Under the pieces are notes generated by a model. It did no database searches. It saw only the letters and a program-made list of their open reading frames with translations, and was not told where the DNA came from. Positions 39,429-47,472 of a stretch of DNA of 64,000 bases are shown piece after piece; the first letter of the stretch is position 1, and the number at the start of each line of letters is the position of its first letter. The stretch spans positions 32,001-96,000 of IMG/VR virus record IMGVR_UViG_3300016471_001002; one strand, written 5' to 3'. The translations under genes were made by a program, and so were the position numbers. This DNA comes from a virus (lineage: Duplodnaviria; Caudoviricetes).

Positions 39429-39959
39429 ATGAAAAGATCGCTGCTTTTAAATTCAAATGGCGAACCTCTTCAGTTTATCACTGAAGTTAGGGCAATTAAA
39501 CTTATGTTAAGCGGTCGAGCCGACCCTCAAACAGGATCTACTGGTGAACTTTCATATTGGAATGAAGAGTATCAAACTTGCTCAAGCAGTTTCAAATTAC
39601 CAGCTATCTTAAGATTGAAGAATTATATCGTTCGCAAAATTGATAGAAAGCCTGCTCGTTTTCAAAAAAAGGTACTATTCAATAGAGATTCATGGTGCTG
39701 CCAATATTGTGGCATTGAATTAAGCTATTCTTCAGTTACAGTAGATCATGTGATTCCTGTATGCAAGGGTGGACCGACTACATGGTTCAATTGTGTTACC
39801 GCATGTAAAAATTGTAATAGAAGAAAAGGTGGCAAAACGCTTGAAGAAACTGGTATGCGTCTTTCGAAAAGGCCAATTGAACCATCAGCATTACATTTTT
39901 GGGATTTATCTAAGTCAACTGCGTGGCACGAAGATTGGTCTATGTTCGTCAATACATAG
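39429..39959 (+). CDS. HNH endonuclease (McrA-like)
   Basis: RD..CQYCG, TVDHVIP..GG, NCVTACKNCNRRK. Confidence 0.9.
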   Translation: MKRSLLLNSNGEPLQFITEVRAIKLMLSGRADPQTGSTGELSYWNEEYQTCSSSFKLPAILRLKNYIVRKIDRKPARFQKKVLFNRDSWCCQYCGIELSYSSVTVDHVIPVCKGGPTTWFNCVTACKNCNRRKGGKTLEETGMRLSKRPIEPSALHFWDLSKSTAWHEDWSMFVNT

Positions 39960-39997
39960 TTATTAACTTACATTTACAAAAACTGCGTTTGAACAGA

Positions 39998-40004
39998 ATA
40001 GTTA
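39998..40004 (+). promoter_or_regulatory. Putative late promoter ATAGTTA (second copy at 39956-39962)
   Basis: ATANTTA upstream of AGGAG-ATG 40024. Confidence 0.5.
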
Positions 40005-40023
40005 TGCTAGGAGTTTTTTACAC

Positions 40024-41076
40024 ATGCGTTTGAAATTATCTGATCTACAGAAAGTTGTCAAAGAAACTTTGCAAGAAAAGAGCCATACGGAAGCATTTTG
40101 CAATGAGATTAAGAAAGTTTTTGGTCCTTCTGTCGTGGTCAATGACAATCTAGAGTCTTTGGTTGAAGCTGCAAATGAACGTTTAGACGTTATTGAATAC
40201 GTGGGAAGAGAGACGGTAAACTTTTCTCGTAAAGTTGCATTGGCTATGTCAACACATGAATCTCCTGAAGTAAGAAAATTAGTCGCAAGAGTTCTTCCAG
40301 AAAACGCATCTACAATTTTACTTTTTGACCCCGCCGCTAACGTTCGTCTTGCTGCAGCAAAAAAAGCGAAAAAAGAAGTTTTAGAAGAAGCAGTAAAGAA
40401 GTTTCCAAAAGATTCTGCTCTTCAAGATTTGTTTGAAGAAAAGAAAAAAGAAAAAGTTTCTGCTGTCGAAGCAGCTGCTGGACATGACAATGAAGATATG
40501 TTGAGCGACGATTGGTATGAAGGAGTCGCTCGTAAATTAATTCAAGATTATGCTAGATCGTTGGATACAACATGGCAAACATCTGCAGTTAAACAATTTT
40601 GCTCTTCTGTTAGATCTTCAACAAGAATTCCAGTAGATCCAATAAAGCTGATGGACAAAATGTCAGAACTTTTAAAGAAACATGATGATGCAAGAGAAGA
40701 ATATCTTGAGTTGAAAGAAAATGCGCAATTCCAAATGATCATTTCTCAAGATTTAGTTGATGATATGATGTGTGAAAGTTTATCTCCGCAATTGTTCATA
40801 GAACGTTGCAATGATGTTTTTAACATAAAGTATTCTGAGCTTCCTAGAGCAATTATGAAATTTAAGATTGAAGAAGGAACGAAGGCAAGAAAAATACCTA
40901 TTTCATGCACACTTCCTCATGGCAAAGCGCCTAGAAGAATTGATGAATTGGCTTTAGATTCTTACGTAAAACATTGGAATGATAAACAAAAATTAAATGG
41001 TGAGCCTTTTGTTGTACGTTGGTCTCCACATCCAGATTCAGCAAACAAAATTACATTTAAAGTTGAGCTTAAGTGA
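40024..41076 (+). CDS. Hypothetical protein with shared N-terminal motif and HEAT-like segments
   Basis: MRLKLSDLQKVVKETLQE; PEVRKLVAR and ANVRLAAA. Confidence 0.65.
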   Translation: MRLKLSDLQKVVKETLQEKSHTEAFCNEIKKVFGPSVVVNDNLESLVEAANERLDVIEYVGRETVNFSRKVALAMSTHESPEVRKLVARVLPENASTILLFDPAANVRLAAAKKAKKEVLEEAVKKFPKDSALQDLFEEKKKEKVSAVEAAAGHDNEDMLSDDWYEGVARKLIQDYARSLDTTWQTSAVKQFCSSVRSSTRIPVDPIKLMDKMSELLKKHDDAREEYLELKENAQFQMIISQDLVDDMMCESLSPQLFIERCNDVFNIKYSELPRAIMKFKIEEGTKARKIPISCTLPHGKAPRRIDELALDSYVKHWNDKQKLNGEPFVVRWSPHPDSANKITFKVELK

Positions 41077-41636
41077 TGAAAAAGAAAAAATTATCAGAAT
41101 CTATGGAAATGGTTCTTACAGTTGAACCAAATTTATCTGTGATGACAGATAATATGATTGCCGAATGGGGAGGTTCTTCATATGCTCCTCTTTCTGTCGT
41201 TTTAGTGCATCTCAAGTACTTGTATGCTCTTCATCAAAATCATCATTGGACCGCAATGGGAGATCCTTATTACGGCGATCACCTGTTGTTCCAAAGACTA
41301 TATGGAAATATAGTTCAAGAAATTGATGGAATTGCTGAAAAAGCAATTGGCTTAGGGTCTACTTCAAATGTGGATTTACAGCTTGTAAATTCTCAAGTTC
41401 TAAAACTTATTTGTGGTCAAGGGTCTGTGACAATGATTCCTCAATCAACTGACCTTGCAAAGAAATCTTTGTTTGCTGAACTAAATTTTCTTAAAGTTAT
41501 CGATCACGTTATGGTATGTCTTAAAGAACTTGGTCTTCTTACACATGGACTTTCAAACATGCTTGAAGGTATTGCCGACGTACACGAAAGTCATGTTTAC
41601 CTATTGAAGCAAAGGATTTCAAAATCTTTAATTTGA
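41073..41636 (+). CDS. Dps/ferritin-like protein
   Basis: HQNHHW..G..YGDHLLFQRLY..EIDGIAEK, DVHE. Confidence 0.7.
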   Translation: MMKKKKLSESMEMVLTVEPNLSVMTDNMIAEWGGSSYAPLSVVLVHLKYLYALHQNHHWTAMGDPYYGDHLLFQRLYGNIVQEIDGIAEKAIGLGSTSNVDLQLVNSQVLKLICGQGSVTMIPQSTDLAKKSLFAELNFLKVIDHVMVCLKELGLLTHGLSNMLEGIADVHESHVYLLKQRISKSLI

Positions 41637-42187
41637 AAGAAAATATTATGAAGTTAACAGCTACGAAATTAAAACAAATTATAGCAGAAGAAATAAAGGC
41701 TGCTGTTCAACAAAAGAAAACCATTTCAGAGGCTATGTCTCCTATTACTCCTGATGAAGTTGAAGCTTGGAAGAGCGGAGATTGGGGATACGTTTCTGGT
41801 GATCAAGGCAGAATGATGGACGATGGTGATGATCCAGAAAGATTTTTACATGGAGAAGATCCCCATGATGATGAAGGATCAATGGTGAAATCTCGTTTGT
41901 ATTCAATGAAACAAATGAGTGCAGATCTTTGCGATTTATTAAACCCAGAAGATCAGCTTCCTGGTTGGGTTCAAGATCATATTTCAGTTGCTCATGAAAA
42001 CATGCAACAAGTTCATGGATATCTAATGGGAAGACAACATGCCATTGAACATGAAATGTCTTCGGGCGACGTTGTTGAATCCAAGAGCCGATTGAATGAA
42101 TCTCACAATCGAATCACAAAAGAAGAAATGAATGCTTGGATGCGCGGTGATTGGGGATTTAATTCCGAAGATTCTTCAAACGATTAA
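41633..42187 (+). CDS. Hypothetical protein with shared N-terminal motif and duplicated WxxGDWG repeat
   Basis: MKLTATKLKQIIAEE; two ITxxExxAWxxGDWG copies. Confidence 0.7.
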   Translation: MKENIMKLTATKLKQIIAEEIKAAVQQKKTISEAMSPITPDEVEAWKSGDWGYVSGDQGRMMDDGDDPERFLHGEDPHDDEGSMVKSRLYSMKQMSADLCDLLNPEDQLPGWVQDHISVAHENMQQVHGYLMGRQHAIEHEMSSGDVVESKSRLNESHNRITKEEMNAWMRGDWGFNSEDSSND

Positions 42188-42193
42188 TATTGT

Positions 42194-42222
42194 TTGTAAA
42201 TTCAATAATATAAAGATATTAT
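42194..42222 (+). promoter_or_regulatory. Sigma70-like early promoter TTGTAA-N17-TATTAT (leaderless)
   Basis: ATG 42229 lies 6 nt after the -10. Confidence 0.65.
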
Positions 42223-42228
42223 CAAAGC

Positions 42229-43308
42229 ATGCAACGAACGCTTTGTTTTGATGATGTTCTTTTAGTTCCCCAATACTCAGAGATTGAGTCTAGAAAAAAT
42301 GTTGACGTGTCTGTTTCGGGATTTGATGATCTTGATGCAGCGTTGACAAAATCGCATTCGACTCTAAAATGCCCTATCATCGGATCGCCGATGGATACGG
42401 TCATTAGTCCTGAAGTAGCTAGCGTTTTGGAAGATTTTGGTGGATTCGGGGTTTTGCATCGATATTGTACGATTCAAGATTCAGTAAAAATGTTCAAGGA
42501 AACACTTGAAAAGTGTCCAGGACATCCTTTACCAAATATCATGGTTGCAATTGGCGCAACAGGGGATTATCTTGAACGTGCAACTGCTCTATATGAAGCT
42601 GGATGTAGAGCATTTTGCATTGATGTTGCTCATGGCCATCATTCATCTGTTAAAAACGCATTAAAAGAACTACGTCTTAAACTTGGGGATGAAGTTCATT
42701 TAATGTCTGGCAATGTTGCAACGCTAGATGCGTTTAATGATCTTGCGGATTGGGGCTCTAACTCTATCAGGGTTGGTGTGGGTGGTGGAAGCATGTGTTC
42801 GACAAGAATTCGAACGGGTCATGGTATTCCAACTCTACAATCGGTGATGGATTGTGCAAAATCTGATCGTGATGTTTTTATCGTCGCAGATGGCGGAATT
42901 AGAAATTCAGGTGATGCTGTTAAAGCTTTGGCTGCAGGTGCTGATATGATTATGTTAGGATCTATTCTTGCAGGACATGATGAATGTCCCGGAGATCTTG
43001 TAGATTCTCATGGGTTGACATATAAGTCATCGCAACCTATTGGAGTTCCACTTTTTAAGAAATTTAGGGGAATGGCTTCACGAGAAGCTCAACTACAATG
43101 GAGAGGTAGAGTTTCTGTCGTTGAAGGAGAAAGTACGATGATCCCTTACAAGGGATCTGTAGCAAACACATTGACAGATTTGCTTGAAGGAATTAAATCA
43201 GGAATATCTTATTCAGGTGCCAGGACGATTAGAGAACTTAGATCAAAGGCTAAATTCATCACAGTGACATCACAAGGGGTCCGAGAAAATGGACCCCATG
43301 GTAAATGA
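42229..43308 (+). CDS. IMP dehydrogenase / GMP reductase family protein (no CBS domains)
   Basis: [53 protein letters not shown]; lacks the IMPDH flap RY so the direction of reaction is unresolved. Confidence 0.85.
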   Translation: MQRTLCFDDVLLVPQYSEIESRKNVDVSVSGFDDLDAALTKSHSTLKCPIIGSPMDTVISPEVASVLEDFGGFGVLHRYCTIQDSVKMFKETLEKCPGHPLPNIMVAIGATGDYLERATALYEAGCRAFCIDVAHGHHSSVKNALKELRLKLGDEVHLMSGNVATLDAFNDLADWGSNSIRVGVGGGSMCSTRIRTGHGIPTLQSVMDCAKSDRDVFIVADGGIRNSGDAVKALAAGADMIMLGSILAGHDECPGDLVDSHGLTYKSSQPIGVPLFKKFRGMASREAQLQWRGRVSVVEGESTMIPYKGSVANTLTDLLEGIKSGISYSGARTIRELRSKAKFITVTSQGVRENGPHGK

Positions 43309-43334
43309 ACCTGATTTAAAAGTATTTTTCTAAA

Positions 43335-43880
43335 TCACTTTTCGCTCGGCCATTTGCCTGTAGCTTTATGTGCCATCCACGCTGCTGCAGCAGCTGGATC
43401 TTCTGCCCAGCTAGAAACTTTTTTCATTTTTTGAGCGAATGTTTTTGTTCCTTTGAGGATTTTTTTTGCAGTTTCTTTTGATGGGCCTTTCTTTTTGGCT
43501 TCACTCATACCGCATTTACATTCACTTTCATACATTCCACACTCACCACAAGCAGAACCTTCTTCAACTTCATTCAATCCGCAAGAGCAAGGTGCATCAA
43601 GTTGAACAGGCATCATGCCGCACATTGGGCAGACGCTCTTCATACCACACTGACATTGCGAAGCTGGAAGTCCACAACCTTCGCAAACTTTTTCTTGTTC
43701 AACTTCTGGACATCCACATTTTCCATCGATTGACATCATTCCGCAGGATGGACAAATATCTCCTAGATTATCTTCATGCATGTCTCTAACCCCGACAGCT
43801 CCTACTGTTGTAATTCCAGGAACTTTTCCGATTGGTTCACCAAACATTTCTAATATTGTTTTTTCTAGATTATTTTTCAT
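43335..43880 (-). CDS. Cys-rich protein with repeated CxxCG units (ORF track start 43916; ATG 43880 preferred)
   Basis: CPSCG, CEGCG, CPMCG, CGECG; ATACTTA late motif on the minus strand at 43886-43892. Confidence 0.6.
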   Translation of the reverse strand: MKNNLEKTILEMFGEPIGKVPGITTVGAVGVRDMHEDNLGDICPSCGMMSIDGKCGCPEVEQEKVCEGCGLPASQCQCGMKSVCPMCGMMPVQLDAPCSCGLNEVEEGSACGECGMYESECKCGMSEAKKKGPSKETAKKILKGTKTFAQKMKKVSSWAEDPAAAAAWMAHKATGKWPSEK

Positions 43881-43915
43881 GGAATTAAGTATCATCAATA
43901 CATAGATTATATTCA

Positions 43916-44221
43916 ATGGAATCTATCATTGTTACCACAAACATATTGTTATATGGAACAGCTTTTGTTCTAGGTTTTATTGTAGGTAGAATAACTGGAA
44001 AGCCTGATTTAAGTGACCCAAGAATAGATCCGAAGGGTTCATTTTTTAAACCTGAAGTTCGACAAAGAAAAGTTGTAGAGATTGATGAGAAGAAATTTGT
44101 CACAACAATTTCAACTGATTCTTTGAAGAAAAAAGGAAAAGATTTGGGAACCCAAACTATCGTCGATGATGACGTAAGCGCTTCTGCTTCGAAATTGGCG
44201 ATGTTGAAGAAAAACAAATAG
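43916..44221 (+). CDS. Small protein with N-terminal transmembrane anchor
   Basis: ILLYGTAFVLGFIVG hydrophobic segment; directly upstream of the actin-like gene. Confidence 0.65.
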   Translation: MESIIVTTNILLYGTAFVLGFIVGRITGKPDLSDPRIDPKGSFFKPEVRQRKVVEIDEKKFVTTISTDSLKKKGKDLGTQTIVDDDVSASASKLAMLKKNK

Positions 44222-44247
44222 TATATAATTCAATTAGGAGATAAGAC

Positions 44248-45252
44248 ATGGCTAAAGGATTAGATGTAGGAACATCGTTCATCGTTCTTGCAGAAGAAGG
44301 AACGAAAGGAAAAGTTACATATAAAGATTTTCGAGATGCGTTTTATGTTATAAAACCAACGACCCCCATCGCTACAAAGATGATTGAAAAAGGATTAGCT
44401 GGAAAAGTTTTCGTTAAAGACGCCGATGGTTCATTCATCATACTTGGCAAAGACGCGATTGAAAAAGCAGTGGAAAGAAACGATTCAGCGAAGCGTCCCA
44501 TGTATAAAGGTGTAGTTTCTTCTAAAGAAAAAGACGCCCGCAGAATTTTAACATATATTCTCAAAGAAGTTGCTGGCTCACCACCTGAACCCGGAGAGAA
44601 GCTTGTTTTCTGCGTCCCGGCGCAACCTGTTGATCAAGAAGATGAAGACTTCGATGTAGGATATCATGAGGATGTCATTGTGAAACTCCTTTCAGAAGTA
44701 GGGTATTCAGCTAGAGCAATTAACGAAGCCGAAGCACTTTGTTACTCAGAACTAGAAAAGGATGATTATACCGGAGTCACACTATCATGGGGAGCTGGCA
44801 TGGTCAACGTTTGCGTTATGCTAAATGGCGAACCTATCGTCACATTCTCAACCACGAAGTCTGGTGATTGGGTTGATCGTATGGCAGCCGTTGCTACAGG
44901 CGAGACAGATTCAGTCGTTCAAGCAGAGAAGGAACAAGGCGATTTCACTGTCGGTCAACCAAACGATAATCAAGTTCTTGCTGCTGTTTCAACCTACTAT
45001 GATCGTCTCATCGATTATACGACTAAACAACTTGCTTCAGCCATGGACGGACACAAATCTCTTCCAAAGTTCAAGGATGCATTACCTGTAGTTGTTGCCG
45101 GTGGAACATCAAAGGCCAAGGGATTTGTCGATCTATTTGCAAAGAAGCTCGAAGAGAACGGTTTCCCTCTTCCAGTCAAGGAAGTTCGTCACGCAGCAGA
45201 TCCTCTTCATGCAGTTGCCCGTGGGTGTTTAATCGCAGCACAAATTATGTGA
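44248..45252 (+). CDS. Actin-like ATPase (MreB/ParM/FtsA superfamily)
   Basis: Phosphate-1 GLDVGTS, connect-1 NEAEA, phosphate-2 SWGAGMVN, adenosine AGGTS, connect-2 DPLHAVARG. Confidence 0.85.
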   Translation: MAKGLDVGTSFIVLAEEGTKGKVTYKDFRDAFYVIKPTTPIATKMIEKGLAGKVFVKDADGSFIILGKDAIEKAVERNDSAKRPMYKGVVSSKEKDARRILTYILKEVAGSPPEPGEKLVFCVPAQPVDQEDEDFDVGYHEDVIVKLLSEVGYSARAINEAEALCYSELEKDDYTGVTLSWGAGMVNVCVMLNGEPIVTFSTTKSGDWVDRMAAVATGETDSVVQAEKEQGDFTVGQPNDNQVLAAVSTYYDRLIDYTTKQLASAMDGHKSLPKFKDALPVVVAGGTSKAKGFVDLFAKKLEENGFPLPVKEVRHAADPLHAVARGCLIAAQIM

Positions 45253-45273
45253 CTTTCGAAGTTGATTAATCCT

Positions 45274-45300
45274 AAAAGCTCTCGGAAACGGGAGCTTTTT
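45274..45300 (+). terminator. Rho-independent terminator
   Basis: aaaagctctcg-gaaa-cgggagctttt, GNRA loop, T run. Confidence 0.85.
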
Positions 45301-45340
45301 CATTTTAGAATCTTTGCTGTGCAAAACTTACAACCTCGCA

Positions 45341-45349
45341 TGGTATAAT
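45341..45349 (+). promoter_or_regulatory. Extended -10 promoter TGgTATAAT (leaderless dnaE transcript)
   Basis: ATG 45356 lies 6 nt downstream; no SD. Confidence 0.65.
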
Positions 45350-45355
45350 CATGGT

Positions 45356-46327
45356 ATGTCAAACAGCAAGAAGGAAATGCGCGATCGGAGGCCAAATCGT
45401 TTTGTCGGCCTCCACGCGCATTCGTAATTTCCGCCCGGAATTTATTTTCCGGGCGGAATAATATCAGGATTCTCAACATTTGATGGGCTTGATTATCCAC
45501 AAGAGCACATCGATTACGTCTTAGAAAATGGCATGGATGCGTGGGCATTAACCGACCATGGCCACATGAACGGATTCTGCCATGCATATCTTCACGCTGA
45601 AAAAATGAGGAAATCAGGCAAGAACTTCAAGTTCATTCCTGGATGCGAGATGTATGTCCATCCCGATCTGAAACAGTGGCAGATCGATATCGAAAAATCG
45701 AAAGAGAAACCGGTCAAGGATGAATCTATCATCACGCCTATCACGGCTGTTGTTGATGGAAACGATGAGACGACGGATCTTGGAACTGATGAAGCTTCTC
45801 TGACGATCGAAAATGAAGATGAGACGAAGTCAGGTAAGTATAACGACCCAGTTAAACGTCGGCATCATCTGGTTGTCCTACCAAAAACTTCAGTTGGTCT
45901 GCAGAGGTTATTCCATCTGGTTTCTCGGGGTTATTTGGAGGGCTTCTACAGGTTCCCCCGAATTGATTACAGGATGCTGAAGGAGGCTGCGCAAGGTGGT
46001 CACTTGATGGTGTCAACCGCATGTTTAACTGGAGATGTAGAACTCATAACGAATAGAGGCCTAGAAAACCTGTTGTCTGTCGTTGAAAGATTCAATATGG
46101 GTGATGATGTCTTGGTTCTTTCATATGACGAAAAAACAGGGTCTAAGGAATTCAAGAAAGTTTCTTGGGCAGCAATGACTAGAAAAAACGCGAAATTATT
46201 GAGAATTAAACTGAAGGATGGAAAGAGTGTTACGCTGACACCAGACCACAAAGTCTTTACTAATCTGGGATGGATGGAAGCTCAAGATTTAAAAAAGCAT
46301 GAAGGAATTCAAATTCTTACTTTGTAA
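45356..46327 (+). CDS. dnaE: DNA polymerase III alpha, N-terminal PHP part fused to split intein N-half; interrupted by a 42-nt gap with an in-frame stop
   Basis: MSNSKKEMRDRRPNRFVGLHAHS-[TAA..]-SGFSTFDGLDYPQEH..ALTDHGHMNG..PGCEMY..HHLVVL..RIDY..VSTA/C; all in one frame. Confidence 0.88.
45425..45466 (+). other. 42-nt coding gap in dnaE, candidate translational bypass element
   Basis: TCG-TAA-T-[ttccgcccggaa-tttatt-ttccgggcggaa]-taata-TCA; removal restores HAHSGFSTFDG. Confidence 0.7.
46022..46324 (+). mobile_element. Split intein, N-terminal half (101 aa)
   Basis: Block A CLTGDVELIT, block B LTPDHKVF; ends at stop 46325-46327. Confidence 0.92.
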
Positions 46328-46336
46328 GCTTTAGGT

Positions 46337-46368
46337 CCTCCAAGACAAACATAATTATGTCTTGGAGG
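46337..46368 (+). promoter_or_regulatory. SD-sequestering hairpin with late-promoter motif in its loop
   Basis: cctccaagaca / tgtcttggagg perfect 11-bp stem containing GGAGG; ATAATTA at 46351-46357. Confidence 0.75.
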
Positions 46369-46378
46369 TTCACAAACA

Positions 46379-47359
46379 ATGGGAGCAGAAAAGTATAATA
46401 AATTTTTAGGAGAGGAAAAAAGCAGAATATTTGAAAGTTTTCTAGTTACGTGGAAAACAAAAGATCAAATACTCGAGATGTATAGAGAAGGTTATTCTCC
46501 TTCTCAACTTGCCAAGTTGTTTGAATATGAAGTTGGATTTGACGAGCTCCGTGAGCAACAATCTACTTTTCACGGTAAAAAACCAAGAAGCTTTTTAGTT
46601 TTTCCGACTATTACAACAAACATCTTTGCAAAAAGACTAACATCTATAATACCCTACTCAAAAGAGTTTCATGATATTCATCTTTCAAAACCGCAATGGT
46701 GGAAAATAAAATTTTCACACCTTGATAAAAGTGAAGATGAAGTTAAAGAACTTGCAAAAGTTCAGCTTCTAGATTGGCAAAAAAGTACATGCGAAAAAAG
46801 AAAAAAGTCAGGTGCTTATAATCCAATTTACACAATTGATTATTGGAAAGAGAAATCCGATGATCCTGAAAAATCAATTGAAAAATATAAACGAGAAATT
46901 AGTCCAAGGTGCATTGAGTTTTGGATAAAAAAAGGATATGACATAAATGAGGCAAAAAAAAGAATAGGCGATACATGTCGACCTGGTGCCATTAAGGTTT
47001 TGAAAAATCTCAATGGAAAAAATGCTTCGAAATTAGAAAAAAGAATTTATGAGCTCATAAATGATGATTCTGTTTGTCAACAGCTTTTTTTGGGCAAATA
47101 TGCATATGACATTTACAAAAAAGAAACAAAGAAGATCGTAGAAATCAATGGAACGTATTGGCACGCAGACCAAAGGGTTTATCAAGATTTGCAGCAAAAT
47201 CTCATTCATGGAACAGTTCAGCAGATTAGAGAAAAAGATGAACAAAAAATATCTTATGCAAAATCTAAGGGATGGGATGTTCTGGTCATTTGGGAACTTG
47301 ACTATTGCAAATCTCCAAATGAAGTGATAGAATCTATTAGAAGGTTTTTCAAAACATGA
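46379..47359 (+). CDS. Vsr/DUF559-like homing endonuclease between the two intein halves
   Basis: YDIY..KKIVEINGTYWHAD..KDEQK..YAKSKGWDVLVIWE; ATGA overlap with dnaE-C. Confidence 0.8.
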   Translation: MGAEKYNKFLGEEKSRIFESFLVTWKTKDQILEMYREGYSPSQLAKLFEYEVGFDELREQQSTFHGKKPRSFLVFPTITTNIFAKRLTSIIPYSKEFHDIHLSKPQWWKIKFSHLDKSEDEVKELAKVQLLDWQKSTCEKRKKSGAYNPIYTIDYWKEKSDDPEKSIEKYKREISPRCIEFWIKKGYDINEAKKRIGDTCRPGAIKVLKNLNGKNASKLEKRIYELINDDSVCQQLFLGKYAYDIYKKETKKIVEINGTYWHADQRVYQDLQQNLIHGTVQQIREKDEQKISYAKSKGWDVLVIWELDYCKSPNEVIESIRRFFKT

Positions 47360-47472
47360 GTAATTTTGTAGAAGTTGTTGAGGTCGAAGAACTTGATTAC
47401 GTCGAAGACGTCTATGATATTACCGTAGAAGATAATCATAACTTCTTTGCAAATGGGATGTTGGTTCACAAT
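47356..47472 (+). mobile_element. Split intein, C-terminal half (39 aa)
   Basis: Block F VYDITVEDNHNF, block G LVHN followed by extein Cys+1 at 47473. Confidence 0.92.

Noticed and set aside
43276-43297. ggggtcc/ggacccc hairpin at the end of the IMPDH/GMPR gene as a second recoding element
   Set aside because: No frame disruption; more simply a terminator-like stem between convergent genes.
42229-43308. Assigning guaB or guaC specifically
   Set aside because: Motifs are shared by both enzymes and the flap is non-diagnostic; needs phylogeny or assay.
45424-45467. GT..AG spliceosomal-like or group I/II intron in the dnaE gap
   Set aside because: GT..AG excision removes 44 nt and shifts the frame. 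No 42-nt excision register ends in G, and the element is far too short for a ribozyme core.
45533-46327. Taking ATG 45533 as the dnaE start
   Set aside because: It drops the HxH and SxxDG PHP motifs, has no SD, and ignores the promoter-ATG pair at 45341-45358.
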